A DNA stretch of 64,000 bases from IMG/VR virus record IMGVR_UViG_3300013094_000027, positions 1 through 64,000 of that record. One strand, given 5' to 3'. Position 1 is the stretch's first letter. Each line of letters opens with the position of its first letter. The notes under the pieces were generated by a model that was not told the DNA's origin, made no database searches, and saw nothing but the letters and a program-made list of their open reading frames with translations. Position numbers and translations under genes: made by a program. Positions 39,088 through 48,250 of the stretch are shown here, one piece after another. This stretch comes from a virus.

Positions 39088-40089
39088 TTAAAAAGGAAGA
39101 CTATGATAGTATTGACGAAAAGCGTCTGTCTGAAATGTTCTATAATATTTTTGATATTGTGCTTCTCTATTTTTTCTAAATACTTGTTGCATTTCTTCAA
39201 AATTAGGAGTATTTACAATAGATAGTGCTTTTGCTCTTGCTTCTCTTGCTTCAAGTTTTGCTGCTTGATATTTTTGTGCAACTTCTTCACCAAGACTATA
39301 ATACATTATTTTAAATACGTATTCCATCATGGCAGCAATATAATAAAAATTTATTTCAGGATGATCTAAAACAAGTAAATTTCCATCTTCATCTTCTAAA
39401 GATCCCTGATAAGAAATATATACTTTTCCATGTTTTACTGAAGTATATAGAAATCCGTTTTTTATTTGTGCTGTATGCCTTGCTGTACATTTAGAATTCA
39501 TTGAATTAGGATCTAAGTATGTTTGAGGCAAAATATATAATCTTTCAAAAGAACTATATTCGTATGTATGATGATTCTTTTTAAGAATTACTTTTACATT
39601 ATTTGTGCCATTTTCACATACAGAATAGCAACTTCTTTGAAACCAAGGATCTTGTTCAGGAGTACATGTATTTATAGGATTATCATATGAATCAGAAACA
39701 CCACATGCATTATCATATGTTTTGTTTGGATTCAATTGATTTATATCATAAGTTAACGGTACTTCACAAGAAGTATTTCCTGATAAAAAGACGTTTTCTG
39801 TTGTTCTTCCTGCCCAAGTAATAGGTGTTGTACATCTTTCATGAGTAGTTAACATAGCACCATTAAGAACATAAAAATCTTCAGGCAACTTTGCTATAAA
39901 ATTATTTATATCTATAATAGTTTCTTTGTTTTGATGGATTCTCAAACCCAAATCATAGTTTACTCTTTGAGCAACTTTAATTAATTGAGAAGGTTCAATA
40001 AGACCTTCTTCATCTAAAACCCTTAGATCAACAAGAACATCATTTAACAAATCATCAAACGTTCTAAATTTTAATTCTAAATTACCCAT
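39088..40089 (-). CDS. Tail tubular / ring protein
   Basis: 333 aa; NGFLYTSVKHGKVYISY...DEDGNLLVLD motif; position before muzzle. Confidence 0.75.
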   Translation of the reverse strand: MGNLELKFRTFDDLLNDVLVDLRVLDEEGLIEPSQLIKVAQRVNYDLGLRIHQNKETIIDINNFIAKLPEDFYVLNGAMLTTHERCTTPITWAGRTTENVFLSGNTSCEVPLTYDINQLNPNKTYDNACGVSDSYDNPINTCTPEQDPWFQRSCYSVCENGTNNVKVILKKNHHTYEYSSFERLYILPQTYLDPNSMNSKCTARHTAQIKNGFLYTSVKHGKVYISYQGSLEDEDGNLLVLDHPEINFYYIAAMMEYVFKIMYYSLGEEVAQKYQAAKLEAREARAKALSIVNTPNFEEMQQVFRKNREAQYQKYYRTFQTDAFRQYYHSLPF

Positions 40090-40090
40090 T

Positions 40091-40771
40091 TTACTTTAAG
40101 TTAGATTTGTTATCGTTATCTTGATCTGATTGAATTTGAAGTGTCATTCCCAAACTTTGAAACAAAAGCGACTCAGCTCTGGCTAAAATATAATCTGGAA
40201 CATTAAATGATATTTGTTGTCTTGGTAAACATTCTTCTTCAGAGTTACATTTGTATTTAGAAATGTTACCTTCTGTAATTGCTTCTATTCTAACTGCTTT
40301 CCAAGAAATATTTGGAAAATATAAATAGTCATTCAAATACCAATAATATAATGTTTTATTATATTTAAATGAAGATGATTTAGATATTTTTAAATATCCT
40401 GCCGGTGTTATAGGTTGAAACTCTTCATATCCATCTAAAGATGTAACTGAACGAATCATCCCTCCCCAATAAGCTTCCATAAACAATTCTCCAACAGGAT
40501 CTTTAGTTCTCATAAAAGTATATCCTGTTTTTAGTCCTATACAACCCGCTTCTATTCTGTCTACTTCTATTAAAGGAACAACATCTAATGATTGAAAAAG
40601 AGCATTAAAAGACATAAGTCGATTCTTACTATCAAGTTCTTTCATAGTTTGATTAATCCAAGGCTTTAATAAAGCCCAGATTTCCCTGTCAGTAAGAAAA
40701 GGATCTTGTTTTACAGCTTTTAATTTAAAGCGTGTTCTCGACAAAACGTCAGAATACGTTAATTGGCTCAT
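40091..40771 (-). CDS. Tail ring protein
   Basis: 226 aa; YYWYLNDYLY, C-terminal DQDND; crAss synteny. Confidence 0.65.
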   Translation of the reverse strand: MSQLTYSDVLSRTRFKLKAVKQDPFLTDREIWALLKPWINQTMKELDSKNRLMSFNALFQSLDVVPLIEVDRIEAGCIGLKTGYTFMRTKDPVGELFMEAYWGGMIRSVTSLDGYEEFQPITPAGYLKISKSSSFKYNKTLYYWYLNDYLYFPNISWKAVRIEAITEGNISKYKCNSEEECLPRQQISFNVPDYILARAESLLFQSLGMTLQIQSDQDNDNKSNLK

Positions 40772-41334
40772 AAATCAGAATTTAATTTTTGTTGTTTTAT
40801 TATTTCACGAAGTTTTCTATTATGATCTCTAAACAATCGTGATATTCTGCTGTAGTGATCTGCATATAAATACATGTATGGATTTTTTGTAAATGCTTTG
40901 GAAGTTTTTTTTGTCATAGGTCTTCCTGGTTGAAAAGCCCATAATTTAGCATTTTTAAATCTGTACTTAGAAGCATAGTTAGAATAAAATATTTTACACA
41001 CCCATTCATTAGACTCCCAATTTTTATAATAAACTTTTCGATTATATTTTTTAGATGTCTGCTCATCAATAGGTTCAAAATCAGCAGATTTGAATTTTCC
41101 CAACAATATATAACCTAATTGTTCTGGAAGTTCTAAACCATCTCTGGTATTGGCTATTATATCGAGACAAAGAAGGTGAAATATTTTTAAAATATTTTTA
41201 ACATCTCTAAATGAAAAAAATAAATCAGGATTATCCTTCTTAAATTTTAAGAAGAAGTCCTGATTTATTGATTTAAAAGTACTATATCTAAATCTGGGTG
41301 CTTTTCGATCTGGTTCTCTATATTGGTTATTCAT
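40768..41334 (-). CDS. IHF/HU-like DNA-binding protein (crAss type)
   Basis: Basic 188 aa; GLELPEQLGYILL...YYKN...W motif; located upstream of ring/tube genes. Confidence 0.7.
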   Translation of the reverse strand: MNNQYREPDRKAPRFRYSTFKSINQDFFLKFKKDNPDLFFSFRDVKNILKIFHLLCLDIIANTRDGLELPEQLGYILLGKFKSADFEPIDEQTSKKYNRKVYYKNWESNEWVCKIFYSNYASKYRFKNAKLWAFQPGRPMTKKTSKAFTKNPYMYLYADHYSRISRLFRDHNRKLREIIKQQKLNSDL

Positions 41335-41338
41335 ATAC

Positions 41339-41371
41339 TAAAATATACGAAAAACCATTTACATTTGCAAA
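41339..41371 (-). promoter_or_regulatory. Putative late-class promoter
   Basis: TTTG (41371-41368), 20 nt, TATATTTTA (41347-41339), 4 nt before ATG. Confidence 0.6.
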
Positions 41372-41386
41372 ATAAACCTGTTGTGT

Positions 41387-42619
41387 TTAGATTCTTTCTT
41401 CAAATTCACAAACCTTGCCTTTTTCATGATCATATATTGTTGCAACAGCACATCTAATCGAACAAACATAGTTATTATCTTGATGCCATCTATCAGCACC
41501 TGTTAAAGAAGGAAGTTGTTTTACTCTTACACCTTTAATATCTTTTTCCATATAAAAATGCTTATCACCAGTATGTACTTCTTTGTATTTACATTTACCC
41601 CAATATTCCCAAAACTCAGTAGCTAATAGTAAAGGTAATTCATCTATCTTACAATTTCCATGATGATAACCTATTAGAGTATTTCCGTAGATTTTTATTT
41701 TTCTGTTTGCAGCAGATCTATCAAAACAAATGTCAGCGTTTTTTCTAAAATATGCTTCTAAAGCGTGACCTAAGAAAAACTCTTTCATTTTTGCATGATT
41801 TCCTTGAACACAAATAACATTTAATTTGTTGCAATGCAATTTCAAAATTTCAATAGCATGTACCAAAACATTAAATCCTACTTCATAAGATTTATCCCAT
41901 AAACAAATATTATCTTGAGTATGATTACTTATACTTGTTCCATTTTGGTAATTATCTGAATTAAAAAAGTCATTACCTATAACAAAAGTTATTTCTTCCA
42001 AATAATAAGAAGCCACTGCTTTTTCTAAAAGAGAAAATAATATTTTTATATATTGATCAGCTCTTTGTTGAATTGTTATATTTTCTCCATCCATTTTATC
42101 TATATGATAGTCTGCAATAGATAATTCTAACATTGTCTTTCTTTTGGAAACATGCTTTTCAACTATATTGAAAAGTGGTTTTTCACTTGGTTTAAATGTT
42201 TTAAGAAATTCTTGAAATTCTTGAAGTACGTTTTGTTCTTTTGAAATAGCAACTACTTTTGCAGCAGTTAACCATGTATCAGGTTTTCCTGAATTCCATA
42301 CAGAATATCTGGCAAGTTTCCATTTTGATTTATCTAACTGAATCAGAGATTCTATTTCTTCTGCTGTTTTTGGTTGAAAAGAACTTTCTATTTTAAATTC
42401 AGCAGTACCTTTTTCAAGATCTTCTATATAACCTGTTGCAAAACCATTTTTTTGTAATTCAAAATAATTGTCTTCAGCATCAGATTCTTCTTTTTGAAGA
42501 TTTAAAACTTCTTGTTTTAAAGAAAGAAATTCTTCTAAACTCATGTTTAATTTTTGTGCAGTTTCAATGTTACTTTTTTTCCATGAAATTGCTTTTGCAA
42601 CCGTTTCTAATTTAGTCAT
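41387..42619 (-). CDS. Calcineurin-like metallophosphoesterase with N-terminal HTH-like segment
   Basis: ADYH, GNDFFN, GNH, HHG, HTGDKH motifs in canonical order. Confidence 0.88.
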   Translation of the reverse strand: MTKLETVAKAISWKKSNIETAQKLNMSLEEFLSLKQEVLNLQKEESDAEDNYFELQKNGFATGYIEDLEKGTAEFKIESSFQPKTAEEIESLIQLDKSKWKLARYSVWNSGKPDTWLTAAKVVAISKEQNVLQEFQEFLKTFKPSEKPLFNIVEKHVSKRKTMLELSIADYHIDKMDGENITIQQRADQYIKILFSLLEKAVASYYLEEITFVIGNDFFNSDNYQNGTSISNHTQDNICLWDKSYEVGFNVLVHAIEILKLHCNKLNVICVQGNHAKMKEFFLGHALEAYFRKNADICFDRSAANRKIKIYGNTLIGYHHGNCKIDELPLLLATEFWEYWGKCKYKEVHTGDKHFYMEKDIKGVRVKQLPSLTGADRWHQDNNYVCSIRCAVATIYDHEKGKVCEFEERI

Positions 42620-42644
42620 TAGTTTTTAGTTTTAAAAATTTTTA

Positions 42645-42675
42645 CAAAACTACATTGATTTTTTATTATAGCAAA
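42645..42675 (-). promoter_or_regulatory. Bacteroidota-type promoter for the metallophosphoesterase
   Basis: TTTG (42675-42672), 19 nt, TAGTTTTG (42652-42645). Confidence 0.7.
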
Positions 42676-42695
42676 ATAAATTTTAAAAATTTATT

Positions 42696-42730
42696 AAAAA
42701 ATAAAGGGAGCCTAAGAATAAGCCCCCTTA
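42696..42730 (-). terminator. Intrinsic terminator ending the fibre operon
   Basis: Minus strand AAGGGGGC-loop-GCTCCCTT then T-rich run. Confidence 0.7.
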
Positions 42731-42770
42731 TAGTTGTACTTAAACCAATAAACGATACAACATTAATATT

Positions 42771-44243
42771 TTAAACAATTTCAACAACATTACCATTTCT
42801 CCATAAAGATCCTGAAACAAGACCTACAGAAGAAGTAGGTAAGTTGTATATTGTGGGCAAACCATTTATTATGTTATAACTACCTACAGTTCCACTTTGA
42901 TCACTATAACCTATAGCAAAACTTGAATTTTGAATACTACATCCAGAATATAAAACACAATTTTGCATGTTCAAATAATTAAACACATTGCTTGATCCTG
43001 TATATCTTATTACAGTATTGTTGCTAAAACAATTTTGATTTAAATATACATTTTTTAAAACAAAATCATAAGGTATTGGTTGTCCAAAATGCAATGAATC
43101 TGTTGTTATTACATTTGAATTGGGTATAGCAATATTTAAAAAACAAAGAGGTTGTGTTATTGTAGAACCAAAACTAATACTATGAACATTTTCTATTATA
43201 AAAGTATTTAATTTTCCTGAAACAACGATTACATCGTTATTATAAGCAGAAGCATAAAAACCATTTCTTATGATAACAAAAGAACTTCCAGGATTAACTG
43301 TTTCAGTAACATTATGATTAAATACATGACCCGATGTATTACCATTATATTTACCGGCAATTAAATCTACACCATAATAAATATAACCTCCATTAAGATC
43401 TATTGAAAAAGAACTTCCTGAATAGTATACACAATCGTTTTGTGAAGAAGAAATTACAGAATTGTTTCCAGATAATTTTATGTGTGTTGAAGGTCTTGCA
43501 TAACCACTACCTGAAGAATTAACAGTATGATTTATTAAAGGAGTACTATTATTATTAGTATTACCATAAATTTGATATGCTTCTATATACATTGATTTGT
43601 TGTAAGAAGCAGAAGAATAACCTCCGTTATTTCTTAAAAATCCTCCTGTAGAAGTTTGAAAATTTAAATAACCTGTTACTATAAATCCTGCAGCACCATC
43701 TGATACACTAGAAGAATCTATAAAATAGCCTGATCCTGTAAAAGTTACATTTGCTCCATTATAAAATGTCCAATAAGTAGTAGGAATGTAAATGTTGGCT
43801 GCTGTACTATATGACCCTGCCATTACATAAATTCCTGCATTAGCGTGTTGCGGTGAAGAAGTTGTTCCTGATCCAAGAACAGCATTGTATGCCAAATCAA
43901 TTGTTTTAAAAGGATTTGCTACAGAACCATCTCCATTGTTAGAATTATTGGAATCAACATAAAATAAATATAGAGGATTATATGTAGCCCCCGAACAAGA
44001 TCCGCATTGACATATTTTAGCATCCATTGTGCTAAGAATGGTTTGTAAATCGGTATTTGCAGGTAGCTTTGTGCAACTTAAATATGCTGTTGAAAAAACA
44101 CAAGGTGTTTGAATCGCATCTTCACATATTGTACCTTGACAAGGAATTGTTGCTGGATTTACACAATAATTTGGAGGACAACTGCAATTTGCATTTGCAC
44201 AACCATTATTATAGTTATAATTATTATTTTGACAATTACACAT
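42771..44243 (-). CDS. Tail spike / receptor-binding protein with beta-helix-like domain
   Basis: Cys-rich N-terminus, YVDSNNSNNGDGSVANPFKTI motif typical of pectate-lyase-like beta-helix starts, LPTSSVGLVSGSLWRNG terminus. Confidence 0.65.
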   Translation of the reverse strand: MCNCQNNNYNYNNGCANANCSCPPNYCVNPATIPCQGTICEDAIQTPCVFSTAYLSCTKLPANTDLQTILSTMDAKICQCGSCSGATYNPLYLFYVDSNNSNNGDGSVANPFKTIDLAYNAVLGSGTTSSPQHANAGIYVMAGSYSTAANIYIPTTYWTFYNGANVTFTGSGYFIDSSSVSDGAAGFIVTGYLNFQTSTGGFLRNNGGYSSASYNKSMYIEAYQIYGNTNNNSTPLINHTVNSSGSGYARPSTHIKLSGNNSVISSSQNDCVYYSGSSFSIDLNGGYIYYGVDLIAGKYNGNTSGHVFNHNVTETVNPGSSFVIIRNGFYASAYNNDVIVVSGKLNTFIIENVHSISFGSTITQPLCFLNIAIPNSNVITTDSLHFGQPIPYDFVLKNVYLNQNCFSNNTVIRYTGSSNVFNYLNMQNCVLYSGCSIQNSSFAIGYSDQSGTVGSYNIINGLPTIYNLPTSSVGLVSGSLWRNGNVVEIV

Positions 44244-44254
44244 ATTTATTATTT

Positions 44255-45436
44255 TTAGCTAGATGTTGTTGTAAAAGGAACTGAAGCACATATATAAGGT
44301 GCAATACCTGTTACTGTTGTTGTAACAACAATATTATAAGAAGTAGATCCTGTCAAATTAGTAAATGTTCCTGTGACAGGTAATGAAGGATTGGTATATG
44401 TTGCTGTTGCTATACTTGTTCCACCACTTGCTGCATATAAATTAAGTACATAAGTTACATTAGAAGTTATGTAAGGTGTCAAAGTATACGATACTGACGT
44501 ATGTGCCGGTGTAGTATTTAATGCAGGACAATATCCAATATTATTTGTTACAGTAGATAATGTTGTTTTATTACAAGTAAGACCTAGTGTAGAGTTTGTT
44601 AAAACAGAAATTACTTTTATTGTGTAATTAGATGTTGGTAACAAAGCTGTTCCGGAAATAGGAACATTTAATGGTGAAGTACTATTTGATAAAGTAACCA
44701 AATTAATACTTGTAGTATATGAATTTCCTGCAGAATCTGTTACAACAACAGAAGAACCTGTGTCAGAAAATCCTGAAGGAATAAAAGTGTATCCGTCAAA
44801 AAACAAATTAATACCTGAAGTATAACTTATTACTTGAGCAGCAAAATTTATAATTACTTGTGAACAAGTAGGTGTTACAGCATTTAAAGCATTTGTTATT
44901 CCTGATCTTGCGTCACACAATGTTAACCAAAGATTAGTTAAAGTGTCTGCTACAGTAGCGGGAGAATTTACCCATCCAGGAATTGCACTCATTGAAGATC
45001 TTGGATTAGCAAAAGAACTTGAACTATTTAAATTAGCACATTCTTTAGTAATAGCTGTAGCTAATGCTGATTGAGAACCTGTTACTCCGACATATGCACA
45101 CCATACTGATACCATTTCTGCTAAAACAACATCTATTGTTTGTGTTGTTCCACTATTACCTAAACATAAAGGATTAATTTTAGGAGTAGTATATGGAGCA
45201 GTAATACCTGATGTTATATTAAAAAGAGTATTTATATTAGTAGTGTTTGTGGCAACTTCGCTACTCAATGTTGTATAGTTAGTAAGTATAGTATTTACTT
45301 GTTGCCCAACTAATACTAAATAACTGTATGGATATAAAGTTTCAACAGGATTTCCATTACTATCATCATAAATTAAATTAGATGGTAATGTTATTAAATT
45401 ATTAGGAACCCATATAGGTATAATAGGCTGTGCCAT
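44255..45436 (-). CDS. Tail fibre protein with C-terminal Ig/FN3-like domains
   Basis: Thr/Ser-rich; TFTNLTGSTSYNIVV FN3-like motif. Confidence 0.6.
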   Translation of the reverse strand: MAQPIIPIWVPNNLITLPSNLIYDDSNGNPVETLYPYSYLVLVGQQVNTILTNYTTLSSEVATNTTNINTLFNITSGITAPYTTPKINPLCLGNSGTTQTIDVVLAEMVSVWCAYVGVTGSQSALATAITKECANLNSSSSFANPRSSMSAIPGWVNSPATVADTLTNLWLTLCDARSGITNALNAVTPTCSQVIINFAAQVISYTSGINLFFDGYTFIPSGFSDTGSSVVVTDSAGNSYTTSINLVTLSNSTSPLNVPISGTALLPTSNYTIKVISVLTNSTLGLTCNKTTLSTVTNNIGYCPALNTTPAHTSVSYTLTPYITSNVTYVLNLYAASGGTSIATATYTNPSLPVTGTFTNLTGSTSYNIVVTTTVTGIAPYICASVPFTTTSS

Positions 45437-45449
45437 AATTATTATTTAT

Positions 45450-45803
45450 TTAATTTGTTTCTAAAGAAGTACCTGCAACTAATTGATTTACAGTATTTTG
45501 TAATGCTGTGATATTTTGATTTGCCGTGCAAATAGCATTTACAATTATTTGTAAAACATCATTTAAATTTGTAGGATTTTGACAAGAAGGACATGGTGTA
45601 TAAATACAAGAAAGATTCAAAGTACTTAAATTCAATAATCCTTGAATATAACACGTTTCTTGTCCTATTTTTAATAAAACATCACTTACTGTATCTCCAT
45701 TGCATATATTAATGCATGGTATGGAATTACCATTATAAGTAACACAATTTGATCCTTCAACAGATCCACAACGAGTTGATTTATTAGGAATTATCGGTTC
45801 CAT
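45450..45803 (-). CDS. Cys-rich tail fibre base protein
   Basis: Likely start is ATG at 45803 (MEPIIPNK); SNCVTYNG..IPCI.ICNGD motif plus short coiled coil. Confidence 0.6.
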   Translation of the reverse strand: MEPIIPNKSTRCGSVEGSNCVTYNGNSIPCINICNGDTVSDVLLKIGQETCYIQGLLNLSTLNLSCIYTPCPSCQNPTNLNDVLQIIVNAICTANQNITALQNTVNQLVAGTSLETN

Positions 45804-46044
45804 CTGTAGTTTGTTTTTGCCAATGAAAAAATTGACAAATAAAATAAATTCCACCATTTGCAGAACCTATAATATTTGCTATTAATAATCTTAAATGTTC
45901 TGATATGTATTCAGAAAGATTTGGTGATACAACCATCAACCATATTCCACTTATTGCCATAATTATACGATAAATAAGTTTAATTGATGATGGTGTTTCG
46001 GCATTAAATGCTTCTTTTGAAAAGTCTAATTTAATATTAGCCAT
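45784..46044 (-). CDS. Putative holin
   Basis: 86 aa with two hydrophobic helices. Confidence 0.55.
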   Translation of the reverse strand: MANIKLDFSKEAFNAETPSSIKLIYRIIMAISGIWLMVVSPNLSEYISEHLRLLIANIIGSANGGIYFICQFFHWQKQTTDGTDNS

Positions 46045-46318
46045 GTTTGTAAGTTTCTATTGAAGTTACTCTTTTATCTATATGTTTGACAAATTCTTCA
46101 AGATCGTTTACTTTATCTAATACATTAAGTAATTTTTCATCATTTTTACCCATATGTATTAAAAGATCCCGAATATCTTTGTTCATTTCTTTTATTTCTT
46201 TGTTTGTGTTATCTTGGCTTTTTTTAATTCCGTTTAAAATAAAAATAGCCCATGTTCCAAGAAATGATAGTGTTATTCCAATTATAGCAATAATGCTTTC
46301 AGAACTTAAATTTGTCAT
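46037..46318 (-). CDS. Membrane-anchored coiled-coil protein (holin-associated)
   Basis: N-terminal TM plus coiled coil ending RVTSIE. Confidence 0.55.
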   Translation of the reverse strand: MTNLSSESIIAIIGITLSFLGTWAIFILNGIKKSQDNTNKEIKEMNKDIRDLLIHMGKNDEKLLNVLDKVNDLEEFVKHIDKRVTSIETYKHG

Positions 46319-46359
46319 TTTAATATTGTTTGTATTTTATAAATTTGTTGTGTTTATTA

Positions 46360-47991
46360 TTATAAAATAAAAGCTTTAGCTGATTGCATTGCAGAAGAAC
46401 TTAAATTATTCCAATTCAAAGTATTAGAAAGTGTAGGATTTCCAAAATCCCATATAGTTTGTCCTACTGATGAATTTATATCTGTTGCATTAACATAGCA
46501 AACTAATTGTGTAGCACCTTGAGAAAGAACAAGATTTGCTTGTGTTCCTGGGGTTGATGCATTTAATGTTATACTTTTTAAATTTGTACCATTTAAGGTT
46601 AAATTTGTATTAACTGTATAAGTAACACTCGATTGTAAGGTTACTGTCATCATGCCTGATGGTACTATTGTTGGAATGTAAGTAAATGTACCTACATTAA
46701 ATCCTGCCGTTCCAGAAAAAGTTACTGACCAATTACCACCTGATGTAGGAACTACTGTTGTTAATGTTGTTGCAGTTAATGTGCTATTTATTGTGACACC
46801 TATAGTTCCACCAGAAGCTAAATATACAGCATTCCATGAAATACCTGATGTATTTAAAACTACTGGGTATGTTGGTGTTGTTGTCAAAGATAAAGTTGAA
46901 CCTGTTGTAACAACAGTACCAGCAGTATAAGTAATATATTGAGTTATTGAATTGTATGTACTATTAAATATGAATGTTTGACCACTTTGAAATGTAACTG
47001 TTCCAGTTGTATTTATAGTAAATGAAGCAGCACCAAACCCTCCAGAATTTGAAGTTCCCATAGAAATAGTACCTGTACCACAATAAACCCATGCTGTAGT
47101 TCCTATTATACAAGGATTACCAAGATTTGTACCCAAAGCAATATTACCATTCAAATACATGGTGTAGCCATTTAAAGTAGTAGTAACACTTGCAGCAAAT
47201 GTGCAGTTTGTTACTGCACAAAGATTACTTGATAAAGTTATTGTACCACCACCAAATGTTACAGTTCCTGGATTGCAACCAGATGTATTTGTTGTTGAGT
47301 TTGAATTAGAAGAGTTTAAATTAAGAGTGCATGTACCAGATATGTTTAAAGTATTTGTAAATACAACTGTTCCAGAAACATAAGTGAAAGTGCAAGAAGA
47401 CAAATTAATCCCAAAAGAAGAACATGTAAAAGTGCCAGAACCTGCTGCTATTTGAACAGTCATAGAAGTAAACTTATTAGTAAAACTACTTACTGATGAC
47501 CCAGAACCATAAATATATGTTGATGATCCTGTTATTACAACTTGTGATAATCCTTGTGATGTTAATGTACCACCATTTACTGTTATAGATGTTGCACTTA
47601 AAAATAAAGTTCCTGATACTGTTAAACTATCGGAAATTGTAATCGTAATACCTGTTGTATTGCAATAAATTTGGTTTGTCCAAACTTTTCCATTTGATGT
47701 TATCGTTGAGTTTGTGTTGATAGCAAGATAACCACTACCTGAACTTGTCATACTTGTCCCTAATGTGATATTACCTGAAACAGTTAAGTTGTTAGTAAAA
47801 GTTATGTTGTGTGTATAGTTTGTAAAATCAACATTGTTACATACGGATGCTACGTTAACTGTACATGCTGGACTAGATGATGTAAACGTAGCGGTATTAC
47901 CATCTGTTGCAGTAGGGACTACTCCTAAAGACCAATTAGTAGACACATTCCAGTTAGAATTGGTTGTTCCTGTAAAATTGTTGGCAGCCAT
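46360..47991 (-). CDS. Tail fibre / adhesin-like beta-solenoid protein
   Basis: 543 aa, extremely T/S/G/N-rich, W...TNWS.G.VP start typical of autotransporter-like beta repeats. Confidence 0.65.
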   Translation of the reverse strand: MAANNFTGTTNSNWNVSTNWSLGVVPTATDGNTATFTSSSPACTVNVASVCNNVDFTNYTHNITFTNNLTVSGNITLGTSMTSSGSGYLAINTNSTITSNGKVWTNQIYCNTTGITITISDSLTVSGTLFLSATSITVNGGTLTSQGLSQVVITGSSTYIYGSGSSVSSFTNKFTSMTVQIAAGSGTFTCSSFGINLSSCTFTYVSGTVVFTNTLNISGTCTLNLNSSNSNSTTNTSGCNPGTVTFGGGTITLSSNLCAVTNCTFAASVTTTLNGYTMYLNGNIALGTNLGNPCIIGTTAWVYCGTGTISMGTSNSGGFGAASFTINTTGTVTFQSGQTFIFNSTYNSITQYITYTAGTVVTTGSTLSLTTTPTYPVVLNTSGISWNAVYLASGGTIGVTINSTLTATTLTTVVPTSGGNWSVTFSGTAGFNVGTFTYIPTIVPSGMMTVTLQSSVTYTVNTNLTLNGTNLKSITLNASTPGTQANLVLSQGATQLVCYVNATDINSSVGQTIWDFGNPTLSNTLNWNNLSSSAMQSAKAFIL

Positions 47992-47995
47992 TTAA

Positions 47996-48247
47996 TTAAA
48001 TTGTTCCTGTTTGCCCTATAAATGTAGTTGTATTTAAAAGATTAGTTAAAGCAGCAACAGTATTAAGTTCATTTTGAATAGATTGTCCTCTTGCAATAAC
48101 AGCGTTTATTACATCATTTTGAGTTTGTGGACTAAAAATAGCAACCACTACACCACTTTGTAAAGTACCATCATTTAATGTATAGTCTACTGTTACATTT
48201 AAACTATTTGAACTAACTTGTTGTTGTCCTGTGATTGTATATGTCAT
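47996..48247 (-). CDS. Small fibre-associated protein
   Basis: 83 aa between two fibre genes. Confidence 0.55.
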   Translation of the reverse strand: MTYTITGQQQVSSNSLNVTVDYTLNDGTLQSGVVVAIFSPQTQNDVINAVIARGQSIQNELNTVAALTNLLNTTTFIGQTGTI

Positions 48248-48250
48248 ATA

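Noticed and set aside
41360-41369. + strand TACATTTGCA as antisense promoter to the metallophosphoesterase
   Set aside because: No -33 TTTG at the right spacing; overlaps the -33 of the minus-strand promoter
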